From Candidatus Methylomirabilis oxygeniifera (GTDB lineage Bacteria > Methylomirabilota > Methylomirabilia > Methylomirabilales > Methylomirabilaceae), in contig FP565575.1 of the NCBI GenBank assembly GCA_000091165.1, positions 1,200,001 to 1,232,000 of the forward strand: DNA of 32,000 nucleotides, given 5' to 3'. The position numbers and the translations under genes are program-made. Positions 8,589 to 18,030 of the stretch are shown piece after piece. The notes below the pieces were generated by a model that made no database searches, had not been told where the DNA came from, and saw only the letters and a program-made list of their open reading frames with translations. Position 1 is the first letter of the stretch. The number at the start of each line of letters is the position of its first letter.

Positions 8589-10103
8589 TTACCCCACACA
8601 CCCTGCCGCGAGTTCGTCTGATTCGGCCATCTCGATCGCCTTGAGCATCCCCCTGGCCTTGTTCATCGTTTCCTCGTATTCCCGCTCAGGGTCTGAGTCG
8701 GCGACGATCCCGGCCCCTACCTGGACATGCGCGGTCCCATCGATGATCACAACGGTGCGGATGGTAATACAGGTATCCATATTGCCGGAGAAGCCAAAAT
8801 AGCCGACCGCACCCGCATACGGCCCTCGACGCACCCGCTCCAACTCCTCAATAATTTCCATGGCCCGTATCTTTGGAGCCCCGCTCACGGTCCCGGCAGG
8901 AAAGCAGGCGCGCAGCAGATCGAACGCATCGTAGCCCTTAGCGAGTACCCCTTTGATGTTGGACACGATATGCATCACATGCGAATACCGCTCCACCGTC
9001 ATCAGCTCAGAGACTCTGACCGATCCCACTTCTGCCACTCGCCCGACATCGTTTCGCCCGAGGTCGACCAACATGATATGCTCTGCCCGTTCCTTCGGGT
9101 CGCCGAGCAGCTCCTGCTCCAGGGCCTGGTCCTCTGCATCGTTCCGGCCTCTGGGACGGGTACCGGCGATCGGACGGAGGTCGATCCTCCCCTCCTCCAA
9201 TCGAACAAGTACCTCTGGTGAACTGCCAACCACCCGCAGATCGCCAAGCCGCAGATAGTACATATACGGCGATGGATTGACGACCCGGAGCGCACGGTAG
9301 ATATCAAAGGGATCAGCCGTCGTCTTCGTCGACAGACGCTGCGAGATTACCGCCTGAACGATATCTCCAGCCCGCACATACTCTTTCGCGCGCTGTACGG
9401 CCTCTATGAACTCCGCATGACTCATACTGGAAGATAATTGCAACTCCCCTGCGTCTCTGCTCCGCCCCTCGATCACAGCGAGTGGACGCCGCAGCGCCTC
9501 CACAATCTCATCGATCTTCCCGGCAGCGTCATCGTAGACCTGGCGGAGCCCCTGCGGAGTCGCCTCCGGAACATACGCATTACAGACAACCTTGATCCGA
9601 TGAGAAAGATTATCGAAAATCAGCAGGGTATCGGGCAGGAGAAAGAGAGCGTCGGGCAGATCGAGGTCGTCCTTCGCCGTCGCCGGAAGTCGTTCGAACT
9701 GTCGAACGACATCATAGGCCAGAAACCCCACCATCCCCCCATAAAATCGGGGAAGCGTATCGCTCCGTACCGGTCGATACTGTTGGAGAAGAGCCTTCAA
9801 CGGCTCCAGCAGGTCGTGCTCAACGGCGTAGGATTGAACGTCTGTCCCGGTAATCACCTCAGCCGTCGTCCCCTTCGCCTTAAAGATCAGGCCGGGGTTG
9901 CTGCCAAGAAAGCTATACCGGCCCCACTTCTCTCCCCCCTCGACGCTTTCCAACAGAAACGCATACTCACCGCGATCGATCTTCCGAAAGGCCGACACCG
10001 GCGTCTCCATGTCGGCAAGGATCTCGCGATAGACAGGGATCAGGTTCCCGTCCTTGGCCTTTCGCGAAAACTCATCGAACGATGGATGCAACATCTCCGC
10101 CAT
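8589..10103 (-). CDS. trpE: Anthranilate synthase component I
   Basis: 504 aa with LLESVEGG near the N-terminus and the chorismate-binding C-terminal motifs [20 protein letters not shown] and [11 protein letters not shown]. Confidence 0.95.
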   Translation of the reverse strand: MAEMLHPSFDEFSRKAKDGNLIPVYREILADMETPVSAFRKIDRGEYAFLLESVEGGEKWGRYSFLGSNPGLIFKAKGTTAEVITGTDVQSYAVEHDLLEPLKALLQQYRPVRSDTLPRFYGGMVGFLAYDVVRQFERLPATAKDDLDLPDALFLLPDTLLIFDNLSHRIKVVCNAYVPEATPQGLRQVYDDAAGKIDEIVEALRRPLAVIEGRSRDAGELQLSSSMSHAEFIEAVQRAKEYVRAGDIVQAVISQRLSTKTTADPFDIYRALRVVNPSPYMYYLRLGDLRVVGSSPEVLVRLEEGRIDLRPIAGTRPRGRNDAEDQALEQELLGDPKERAEHIMLVDLGRNDVGRVAEVGSVRVSELMTVERYSHVMHIVSNIKGVLAKGYDAFDLLRACFPAGTVSGAPKIRAMEIIEELERVRRGPYAGAVGYFGFSGNMDTCITIRTVVIIDGTAHVQVGAGIVADSDPEREYEETMNKARGMLKAIEMAESDELAAGCVG

Positions 10104-10242
10104 GTTGTGACACCGTGATGTAAGGCTGAAAAAACAGCGCTCACCCTACCATACGGGAGAAAAAGGGGTCAAGAATAAACCCGGAACAGAGATCAATGGA
10201 GACCGCAGGTGGGAGCAGTATGGCACCCGTTGGAGCGGGACG

Positions 10243-10572
10243 CTACAGATGCTGTTGGACCTTTGCCTTAATGGCTGATTTGGGCAACGCGCCGATGATC
10301 TGCTCGACCTGCGCCCCATCCTTGAAAAGCAAGATAGTCGGAATACTTCGGATACCGAATCGAGCCGCACTCTGTCGATTCTCGTCTACGTTCAGCTTGG
10401 CGATCGTGACCTGCCCCTCATACTCTGTTGCCAGTTCATCAAGGATCGGGGCGACCATCCGGCACGGGCCGCACCATTCGGCCCAGAAATCAACCAGGAT
10501 GAGGCCTTTCCCTTTGATGACCTGCTCATCAAAATCGTGATCAGTAATGTGAACGACCTTGTCCGACGCCAT
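10243..10572 (-). CDS. trxA: Thioredoxin
   Basis: 109 aa with the WCGPC active site. SD GGGAGGGG lies upstream of the ATG. Confidence 0.95.
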   Translation of the reverse strand: MASDKVVHITDHDFDEQVIKGKGLILVDFWAEWCGPCRMVAPILDELATEYEGQVTIAKLNVDENRQSAARFGIRSIPTILLFKDGAQVEQIIGALPKSAIKAKVQQHL

Positions 10573-10648
10573 ACGCCCCTCCCGTCAGGCCTCATGAAGT
10601 AAGGCCCTCGCCGGGCTTCCCAGCAAGGGCATTCGACGATTGAGTTTG

Positions 10649-10677
10649 ATAGTAAAAGAGCAGAGATCGGCTGTCAA
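10649..10677 (-). promoter_or_regulatory. Candidate sigma-70 promoter of trxA
   Basis: The minus strand reads TTGACA (10677-10672), a 17-nt spacer, then TACTAT (10654-10649). This is about 75 nt upstream of the trxA ATG. Confidence 0.5.
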
Positions 10678-10861
10678 GCTGTTTCAAGGCCTGGTGGTGG
10701 AACAGGACGAGCAACCTCCGTTATTCCGGGTCGCGGATGACCGCAGGCCGCATGCGCTGCCCTCGCCTACAGACACAGGGCAAGCCAGCCTGACAACCAG
10801 GGTTGAGGGTGCAAGAGCAGAATAGGGTAAGGTGAAGGGAGAGCGCGAATAGAAACAACAC

Positions 10862-11947
10862 TCATCGCTTGCGGAACGCTCCCACGGCAAGCGCGCGCGT
10901 GGCCGCGACGCGAGTCTCCACACCAAGTTTCTTAAAGATATGCTCCAGATGCTTTTGTACAGTCCGTGAACTCAAGCCGAGGATCTCCGCGACCTCGACA
11001 TTCGTCTTGCCGTGCGCCACCCACAACAGCACCTCGGCCTCCCGCCTTGTAAGATCTGATAGCTTGAAGGCTACCGGCTGGACGCTGACAGGTTGCTGTT
11101 CCATGAGCAAGATACACCGATCCGCCTCGCACAGATGCCGGATTACGAGACGCTCCCCCTGCCTTTCCACAACGAACGGCTTACGAGGCAGCGGGACGTC
11201 ATCCGTGACATTCAGGGACGCCTCCTGATGCGCGAGCCAGGTTCTGAACACCACCGGCAGGTGGTCCACGTGTTGCGATGAACGCCCGAAATAGTCCGCC
11301 AGCCACTGTTGCGCTCGACTGTTTATCAGTCGAACACGCCCGTCTTTGGTAAGGAGTACCACCCCTTGATCTCGTGCCTCCATAGCCTGCCCCAGGAGCC
11401 CGACCTCTTGTCGCATGACCCTGATCGCCTCAGCGTTCGCATAGGCCTGAATGAGATGCGGATGGAGGAGATTCAGGAGAAGCCTGTCTCGCTCCGAAAA
11501 GTCGCGCCGGCCCCGATGCAGGCTGACCGCAAGCAGGCAGGGCCTCGGACCGGGAACCAGTACGCTCATCACATACTCTATGTTCATCGGCTCGTATAGC
11601 TCGCTATACAATTTCAGCGCATGGAACCGTCGTCTAGTGAGAAAGTCCGAGAGCTTGACGGCGCTCGCGTCGCCGGTCTGCTGGTAGTAGGTGAAATGAG
11701 GATGTTGTGGGAGGTGCCGCTCAAAGAGCCGCCGGAAACCCGGAAGCGTGGCGGTAGACGGCTCTACTCTCATATCGACGATCCGTCCCCCACCATCGAT
11801 TTCGGTAAACGCCGCCAACTCTGCGGGAACGAGTGTCGAGATCCCGTACAGGAGGTAGCTGATGAGCGCATCGCGATCGTGGCAGGCGTAGCAGCCCCGC
11901 ACGAATTTGAGGAGAACTCGGAGTTGTTGTTGCGTCAACCGTTCCAT
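10862..11947 (-). CDS. LuxR/GerE-family transcriptional regulator with ~290-aa uncharacterised N-terminal sensor region
   Basis: The C-terminal HTH is LTRREAEVLLWVAHGKTNVEVAEILGLSSRTVQKHLEHIFKKLGV. The ORF-track start (11974) is TTG. ATG 11945-11947 (MERLTQQQL...) is the alternative I use here, but the start is uncertain. Confidence 0.8.
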   Translation of the reverse strand: MERLTQQQLRVLLKFVRGCYACHDRDALISYLLYGISTLVPAELAAFTEIDGGGRIVDMRVEPSTATLPGFRRLFERHLPQHPHFTYYQQTGDASAVKLSDFLTRRRFHALKLYSELYEPMNIEYVMSVLVPGPRPCLLAVSLHRGRRDFSERDRLLLNLLHPHLIQAYANAEAIRVMRQEVGLLGQAMEARDQGVVLLTKDGRVRLINSRAQQWLADYFGRSSQHVDHLPVVFRTWLAHQEASLNVTDDVPLPRKPFVVERQGERLVIRHLCEADRCILLMEQQPVSVQPVAFKLSDLTRREAEVLLWVAHGKTNVEVAEILGLSSRTVQKHLEHIFKKLGVETRVAATRALAVGAFRKR

Positions 11948-12000
11948 TCCATCTTGTACTCGCACTGCGTACAACTACTCCTCGCCTTGCGTACTGTCAA

Positions 12001-12016
12001 TACGCCTTTTGGCGTA
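12001..12016. promoter_or_regulatory. Perfect 16-bp palindrome TACGCCTTTTGGCGTA, candidate operator
   Basis: Read directly from the sequence. It lies 27-70 nt upstream of the LuxR-type gene start candidates, within a cluster of GCGTA/TACGC pentamers. Confidence 0.4.
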
Positions 12017-12446
12017 GACGGTTTCAGGATGGTTAGGAATGGGTCATGTACGCCGACACGCGTATTGACTGTCGGATACCTCTCTGATTATCTCGCCTGC
12101 TGTTGTGTCTTGCTGTGAATAGTGCGTAGAAGTGTAAATCATTCTGCGGTCGGTAGAAATATCCACACAGTACAGGACACTATCCGCATGCACAATGAAA
12201 TGGCTTCACTGCGTTTTCAATGATAACACACGGTCCGTATTCTCGGGGGCAACGGCAATTTCTCCTCCGGCAGGCTGTAGTACTTAAGTGTACCATGGGC
12301 CCGCTGCTATTCTCCGCGCTTCAAGACCTCCACAAAACCACTCATCTTGTAGTCACTACGCTCAGCAGGAGGATGACCCGACACCTACGTCCTATAATAA
12401 CGGAAGTGGTGTTGACGGCCCGATACAAGTATGCTATCCGTAGCCT

Positions 12447-13187
12447 ATGACGGTATCGTCACAGGCGGCCACGCCATCCACTCCGAACACCCTCTACGGC
12501 CATCGATTCCGAAACTCGACGCTTCTCGAAGCGGCGCTCACCCACCCCTCCTCGACCGATCCCTCGCAAGCGGATGTCCGCCTGCGTTACCAGCGGCTCG
12601 AGTTTCTGGGGGATGCGGTCTGGAGCCTCTATGTCAGCGACGCGCTCGTCTCTCTCCTGCCGACAGCCTCAGAGGGTGAACTGACCCAACGTCGCGCCGG
12701 TCTCGTAAGCGCCACTGCGCTGGCTGACATGGCGCAACTCCACGGCCTTGCGCCGTTGCTCCTACTGAGCAAGGGAGAAGAGTTAACGGGCGGAAGGCTC
12801 AAGACCAGAGTCCTCTCAAGTAGCTTCGAGGCTGTAATCGGCGCAATCTATCTCGACGGTGGCCTCGAAGCGATCCGCGATCTGGCGCGTGAGGCCTGCG
12901 TGAACACCCTTGAAGGGGAACACGTGACACTCGATCCGAAAACCGCTTTGCAACACCTCGCTCAGTCGCTCCTTCACGCGACCCCCCGTTATCGCCTCAT
13001 TCGCCGGTCAGGCGCCCCTCACGCCCCGACGTTCGAGGTCGAGGTCATAGTCGGGCAGTCACCGATCGCCAAGGGAAAAGGACGAAACCGGCAAGAGGCT
13101 GAGCGTGCGGCTGCGCAAGACGCTCTCAGCTCACTACGGGAGCCTTCAGCTACAATATCTAGTGGCAATAATGAAATACCCTACTGA
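12447..13187 (+). CDS. rnc: Ribonuclease III
   Basis: 246 aa. It carries the RNase III signature QRLEFLGDAVW, the second catalytic stretch SFEAVIGAIYLDGG, and a C-terminal dsRBD (PKTALQHLAQ.., PHAPTFEVEV, GRNRQEAERAAAQDAL). There is no SD upstream of the ATG. Confidence 0.92.
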   Translation: MTVSSQAATPSTPNTLYGHRFRNSTLLEAALTHPSSTDPSQADVRLRYQRLEFLGDAVWSLYVSDALVSLLPTASEGELTQRRAGLVSATALADMAQLHGLAPLLLLSKGEELTGGRLKTRVLSSSFEAVIGAIYLDGGLEAIRDLAREACVNTLEGEHVTLDPKTALQHLAQSLLHATPRYRLIRRSGAPHAPTFEVEVIVGQSPIAKGKGRNRQEAERAAAQDALSSLREPSATISSGNNEIPY

Positions 13188-13201
13188 GTCTTGTATTTGT
13201 C

Positions 13202-13231
13202 TTGACAGCAATGTACTGAATCTGGTAGGGT
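13202..13231 (+). promoter_or_regulatory. Candidate sigma-70 promoter upstream of smc
   Basis: TTGACA (13202-13207), an 18-nt spacer, then TAGGGT (13226-13231) preceded by TGn. The -10 is weak. Confidence 0.3.
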
Positions 13232-13326
13232 GTCACCATTCTATCTCCTTTAGCGTTGGATTGAAGAGGTGGCAGTGTGGGTCACAATAATCCGGTCATA
13301 ATGCCGGGTGAAGGCGGTAGCAGGCG

Positions 13327-16300
13327 ATGCGACTTCTGCGATTAACTGCGTTCGGCTTTAAATCGTTCGCTGAGAAGGTCGAGGTGACCTTCGAGCCCGG
13401 CGTGACTGCCATTGTCGGTCCGAACGGCTGCGGCAAGAGTAACCTCTCCGACGCGATCCGTTGGGCCCTCGGCGAGCAGAGCGCAAAGTTGCTGCGCGGG
13501 GATCGAATGGACGATCTGATCTTCGCCGGGAATAGTGTTCGGAAGCCACTTGGCATGGCGGAGGTCTCACTGATCTTCACGGATAACTATGGCAATATTC
13601 CAACGGAATTTCACGAGGTGACGGTCACCCGCCGATTGTACCGCTCCGGCGAGAGCGAGTACCTTCTCAATCACGTTCCGTGTCGCCTGCGCGATATCAC
13701 CGATCTCTTCCTGGACACCGGACTGGGGGGCGAGCCGTATGCCCTGATCGAACAGGGCAGCATCGGCAGCATCGTTAGCGCAAAACCGGCTGAACGTCGG
13801 CTCCTCATCGAAGAGGCTGCCGGCATCATGACCTACAAGGTCCGAAAGAGGTCTGCGCTCGCCAAGCTGGAAGCGGCGGAACAGAACCTACTCCGGGTGA
13901 GCGATATTATCCGAGAAGTGGAGCGGCAAAAGAACTCTCTCAAGCGACAAGCGAACAAGGCGGAACGCTACCGTGCTTACCAGGACCGCGCGCGCGAGTT
14001 GAAGGGCTTTGTAAAATATTCGGAGTTGCAGCAGGTGCAGCAACAACTCACGCTGCTCCAGAATGCAGCCCTGACCGCTCAGAACGAGGTAGACTCGGCG
14101 CAGACCGTAGTCGCTGCCGTGGAGGCTGAACAGGAGGCCATACGGATCCGGGAACTGGAGCAGGAACAGGAGAGAGCCGCTGCGATCCAGCGACTGCACG
14201 AACTGAAGAGTTGCCTGTCTCGCGATGAGGCCGAACTCAACCACCTGGGACAAATGCTGAATGAATCGACGCTTCGAAAACAGGAGCGGCGTGACCGCTC
14301 TGCGCACCTGCAGGGCCGACGAACCGTCCTGGTCCAGCAGGAAGCCGAAGCAACTGAGCAGAAACAGGCTCTGGACGCCGAGCTTCTGACCGGTCGCGCG
14401 CAACTCGATCTCAAGTCTTCGGAACTGCACGCACTCGAAGAGAGGATCGCGACAGCGGCGCGAGCGCTGGAGGCTACGCGGCGGCGTCTCGCTCAGGACG
14501 CCGTCACCTTGGCCGACCGTCGCAACCACCTGATCAGCCTCCGGGAGCGGGCGCGCCTCTATACGACACAGCGTGATCTGGCCATCCAACGCAAGGCGCG
14601 GCTTGAGCAGCAAGACCTCGATCTCGTCCCCGTGGAAGAGGCGCAGGGCGCGGTTCTTGCGCAGGTAATCGAACGACTGGATGCGCTACACACCGAGCGT
14701 GAAGCGCTCACACGACAGACGGCGGACGAGGAGACCGCGCGGGAGACCAATAAGGCGCAACTGGAAGGACTCCGGGATGAGTCGGCGAAACTCAGCAGTC
14801 GCCTGGCGTCGCTCATCGAGCTCAGCCAGAGTTTCGAAGGCTACGCCGACGGTCACCGGTACCTCCTGAAACAAAAGGCCCAGGGCGAGGCGCGAGTCGA
14901 AGGACTCAAAGGCTCGCTGGCCGATCTGCTTGAGGTGCCAGCCCGCTACGAGCGCGCCATCGAGACGTTGCTCGGCGATGCCTTGCAAGGGCTGGTGATG
15001 CAGCGGGCGGAAGATGTTCAAGAGGCCATTCGACTGCTTATCGAACGGGGACAGGGTCGCGCAACCTTTCTCCTTCAACGCGAGGCTCTCAGCGGCCAGA
15101 ACGAGACACCGACCACTCGACATCGCGAGATCCTCGGCCGCTACGCCCAACCCCCTACACCCTCTCCCCTTTCTGTCGAAGGTCTTGCGATCGATCTCAT
15201 CCGCTGCGCTGACGGCGACCGACCGCTCGTGGAGGCGCTTCTCGCCGATGGGATCGTCGTCGGTGAGCTGTCGGATGCGCTCGCGCTCAGCAATCTTCTC
15301 CCCTCTCCGTTTGCGATAGCCACACTCACCGGAGAACTCGTCACCAGCAGGGGAATCATCGCGGGTGGTCCAGGAGGAGGTTCCGGAATTCTTCCGAGAC
15401 GACGGGAAATTGCCAGACTCCGTGATCGCGTCCGGGAACTGCACGGCAGCCTCCAGACGGTTGAAGCCTCATGGGAGGCGTCCTGTCGCCGCTCGGCCCA
15501 TTTCATGGAATCGTTGGAGTTGTTGAATCAGCGTCTCCATGAGCTGGAGATCGAGCGTCTCAAGGCGGAGACCGCATTTGCCCATACAGGCGCGGAACGG
15601 CGACGCTTTCTGCAGCAGATCGAGGTGCTGACCTATGAGGTCGGGAGCCATGAGGAGGACCTTCGCGTGCTCGCCGGGGAGATCGGTGCGATCGAGCACA
15701 CTCTCGTGGAACTTGAGGGCCAGGACCGGGTGATGCAGCTCGAGGCCGTAAAGCATGAGACCGACGCGGCCGCCCGGCAGCAGGAACGGGACGGCCTCAT
15801 CATGGAGGTGGGAGAATACCGCGTCCAGCTCACCGCGCTGCAAGGTCAGCGGGAGATCCTGACTCGCAGTCTTGTCATGACGGTTGAGGAGCTTAGCCAG
15901 GTAAAGAGCGAACTGGAGTCGCTCGAGGCCGAGCTGGCCGCGCAACACCTTCGCGAGACAACAATGGAGACTGCCGTCGCCACGCTTCAGGAGCGACTGA
16001 CGTCTCTGGTGGAGGAAGAGCAATCGGCACAGCGGATCGTCGTCATACAGGACGAGGCACGCCAGGAGCTGAGCGCGAGGCGTCAATCGATCGACGAACG
16101 CCTGCGCATGCTGAAACAGTCGCTGGTCGACAAGCAGCAGGCCTTGAACGACGCAGCGATCCGACTCGCGGAACTACGCAATGCAATCTCTTTCCTTGAG
16201 GAGGCACTAAGGGAAGAGGCGCCTCCGGAACTGGAGGCCATTGTCCTGCGACTGACCGGGAGCGGCCTTGGAATCGACGCGGCCAACGATGAACTCGCGG

Positions 16301-16926
16301 ATCTCACCACGAGAATTGCAGAATTGGGCGCGGTCAACATGGCCGCCCTGGAGGAATACCAGGAGCTGGCGGAACGTCACCAATTTCTCTCAACGCAAAC
16401 TGACGACCTCTCATCATCTGTGCAGTCGCTCCGTACGGCCATCTCGGAGATCAACGATACCATTCAGCAACGGTTTAACGATACTCTTCAGACTGTAGCC
16501 GGTCATCTGGACCGGCTCTGGAGTTGCCTCATTCCTGGAGGCCAGGCGTCTCTCAGCTTGACCCAACTCGAGGACGGGGAGGAGGAACCCGGGGTGGAGA
16601 TGGCGGTTCGGATCCCCGGCAAACGCGCTGCCCTCAATCTGCTGTCCGGAGGCGAAAAGGCACTGGCGGCGCTGTCGCTCTTGCTGGCGCTGTTCCATAC
16701 CCGTCCAAGCCCTTTCTGCCTGCTGGACGAAGTCGATGCCCCCCTCGACGACGCGAACGCTGAACGATTCGCCTCGCTTCTGAAGGAGATGGCCGCCAGC
16801 GCCCAATTCCTCCTCATTACTCACAACAAGCGGACGATGTCGGCCGCCGACCTCCTGTACGGCGTCACCATGGAGGAGCACGGCGTCTCGAAGCTCCTCT
16901 CCCTCCACATGAACCGCGCCGCCTGA
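13327..16926 (+). CDS. smc: Chromosome partition protein SMC
   Basis: 1199 aa with Walker A GPNGCGKSN, long coiled-coil arms with a central hinge, the signature LSGGEKALAALSLLLAL and Walker B CLLDEVDAPLD. Confidence 0.97.
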   Translation: MRLLRLTAFGFKSFAEKVEVTFEPGVTAIVGPNGCGKSNLSDAIRWALGEQSAKLLRGDRMDDLIFAGNSVRKPLGMAEVSLIFTDNYGNIPTEFHEVTVTRRLYRSGESEYLLNHVPCRLRDITDLFLDTGLGGEPYALIEQGSIGSIVSAKPAERRLLIEEAAGIMTYKVRKRSALAKLEAAEQNLLRVSDIIREVERQKNSLKRQANKAERYRAYQDRARELKGFVKYSELQQVQQQLTLLQNAALTAQNEVDSAQTVVAAVEAEQEAIRIRELEQEQERAAAIQRLHELKSCLSRDEAELNHLGQMLNESTLRKQERRDRSAHLQGRRTVLVQQEAEATEQKQALDAELLTGRAQLDLKSSELHALEERIATAARALEATRRRLAQDAVTLADRRNHLISLRERARLYTTQRDLAIQRKARLEQQDLDLVPVEEAQGAVLAQVIERLDALHTEREALTRQTADEETARETNKAQLEGLRDESAKLSSRLASLIELSQSFEGYADGHRYLLKQKAQGEARVEGLKGSLADLLEVPARYERAIETLLGDALQGLVMQRAEDVQEAIRLLIERGQGRATFLLQREALSGQNETPTTRHREILGRYAQPPTPSPLSVEGLAIDLIRCADGDRPLVEALLADGIVVGELSDALALSNLLPSPFAIATLTGELVTSRGIIAGGPGGGSGILPRRREIARLRDRVRELHGSLQTVEASWEASCRRSAHFMESLELLNQRLHELEIERLKAETAFAHTGAERRRFLQQIEVLTYEVGSHEEDLRVLAGEIGAIEHTLVELEGQDRVMQLEAVKHETDAAARQQERDGLIMEVGEYRVQLTALQGQREILTRSLVMTVEELSQVKSELESLEAELAAQHLRETTMETAVATLQERLTSLVEEEQSAQRIVVIQDEARQELSARRQSIDERLRMLKQSLVDKQQALNDAAIRLAELRNAISFLEEALREEAPPELEAIVLRLTGSGLGIDAANDELADLTTRIAELGAVNMAALEEYQELAERHQFLSTQTDDLSSSVQSLRTAISEINDTIQQRFNDTLQTVAGHLDRLWSCLIPGGQASLSLTQLEDGEEEPGVEMAVRIPGKRAALNLLSGGEKALAALSLLLALFHTRPSPFCLLDEVDAPLDDANAERFASLLKEMAASAQFLLITHNKRTMSAADLLYGVTMEEHGVSKLLSLHMNRAA

Positions 16927-16950
16927 CAAGAGGCGGACAGGAAGGTCTGT

Positions 16951-17895
16951 ATGTTCACCAACGACACTCCCCGTCAAGGTCTTTTCGGGCGATTCGTGGT
17001 TGGCCTCGCTCGCACCCGTCAGGGGTTGGCGGGGCAGATTGGGCGGCTATTCGGCGGGAATGTCCCCAGTGCCGCCGATCTGGAAGCGCTGGAAGAGGCC
17101 CTGATTGCGGCTGACTTCGGCCCCGCGCTGGCGCAACAACTGATGACACCCCTTCATCAACGCCTCAGCCGCCGTGATCTCAGCAACCTGGACCAGGTGG
17201 AGGCCGCCCTCAAGCACGGTATCCTGGAGATTCTGAGCGGGGTCGCCCCGCCTCCGTCAGCCACGGACCATCAGACCAGACCGCAGGTCCTACTCTTTCT
17301 TGGAATCAACGGTTCCGGAAAGACAACGACCATCGGGAAGCTGGCAAGTCGCCTCATTGCTGAAGGCGGGCATGTGGTGTTAGCCGGGGCCGACACCTTT
17401 CGGGCGGCGGCTATTGAGCAGTTGGGGCTATGGGGGCAACGCGTAGGGGCTGATGTTGTGTGCCACCAGGCTGGGGCCGATCCCTCCGCTGTGGTGTTCG
17501 ATGCCGTGCAGGCCGCCTGTTCACGCGGCGCAAGCCACCTGCTCATCGATACGGCCGGCCGCCTGCACACCAAACGGAATCTGATGGAGGAGCTGAAGAA
17601 GATTCAGCGAGTAGTGTCCCGACAGATACCGGACGCGCCTCACCAGCGGATCATGGTGCTCGATGCCACGTCCGGCCTGAACGCCCTGGTCCAAGCGAAG
17701 CATTTTCACGAGGCGGTAGGACTGACGGGCCTGATCCTGACCAAGCTGGACGGCACCGCCAAAGGGGGCGTCGTCGTCGCGATCGCCGATCGGTTGAAAC
17801 TCCCGATCACTTTTGTCGGTCTGGGCGAGGGGGTTGACGATCTGCAGCCGTTTGTCCCGGAGACCTTCACGGACGCCCTCTTCGCACGATCCTAG
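16951..17895 (+). CDS. ftsY: Signal recognition particle receptor FtsY (short form, NG domain only)
   Basis: 314 aa with SRP-GTPase motifs GINGSGKTTTIGKLA, DTAGR and TKLDG. The rnc-smc-ftsY order is the same as in Bacillus subtilis. Confidence 0.95.
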   Translation: MFTNDTPRQGLFGRFVVGLARTRQGLAGQIGRLFGGNVPSAADLEALEEALIAADFGPALAQQLMTPLHQRLSRRDLSNLDQVEAALKHGILEILSGVAPPPSATDHQTRPQVLLFLGINGSGKTTTIGKLASRLIAEGGHVVLAGADTFRAAAIEQLGLWGQRVGADVVCHQAGADPSAVVFDAVQAACSRGASHLLIDTAGRLHTKRNLMEELKKIQRVVSRQIPDAPHQRIMVLDATSGLNALVQAKHFHEAVGLTGLILTKLDGTAKGGVVVAIADRLKLPITFVGLGEGVDDLQPFVPETFTDALFARS

Positions 17896-17946
17896 CGCGA
17901 TTTCACAACCCAACCCGATGCACCGGCACATCCCCCATATCTCCTC

Positions 17947-17988
17947 AACCCTCCAGCCTCTTTATAAAAGGGGGATGCTGAGGGATTT
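17947..17988. repeat. G/C-run palindromic (REP-like) element, degenerate copy 2
   Basis: AACCCTCCAGCCTCTTTATAAAAGGGGGATGCTGAGGGATTT. It shares the AAATCCC../..GGGATTT ends and the CCCCCTTT-AT-AAAG.GG core with copy 1 when reverse-complemented. It is followed by the T-rich TTTCCTGTTTT and sits between the ftsY stop and the rib promoter candidate. Confidence 0.55.
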
Positions 17989-18000
17989 CCTGTTTTCGGC

Positions 18001-18030
18001 TTGACACCCTTTGCCATCCGGTGCTACGTT
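18001..18030 (+). promoter_or_regulatory. Candidate sigma-70 promoter of the rib operon
   Basis: TTGACA (18001-18006), an 18-nt spacer, then TACGTT (18025-18030) with an extended -10 TGc just upstream. It lies 50 nt upstream of the ribD ATG. Confidence 0.45.

Noticed and set aside
10104-10242. Possible trp leader peptide/attenuator or trxA terminator between trxA and trpE (minus-strand T6 run at 10126-10131; mini-ORF MVG*).
   Set aside because: The mini-ORF has no Trp codons. The sequence before the T-run contains only the self-complementary AGCGCT and a weak bulged 5-bp stem. TTGACC and TATGGT are only 13 nt apart, so they do not form a promoter.
12220-12450. 76-aa plus ORF filling the gap upstream of rnc, considered as a real protein gene.
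   Set aside because: It has no SD, its GC3 (about 54% by hand count) is lower than neighbouring genes appear to have, and its sequence is very basic and featureless. I keep only its ATGA overlap with rnc, noted in the findings.
13888-16086. Series of long minus-strand ORFs (241, 252 and 205 aa) inside smc.
   Set aside because: They are antisense to an intact 1199-aa SMC gene. The repetitive Glu/Leu/Arg/Gln coiled-coil codons give stop-poor complementary frames, and the products are low-complexity.
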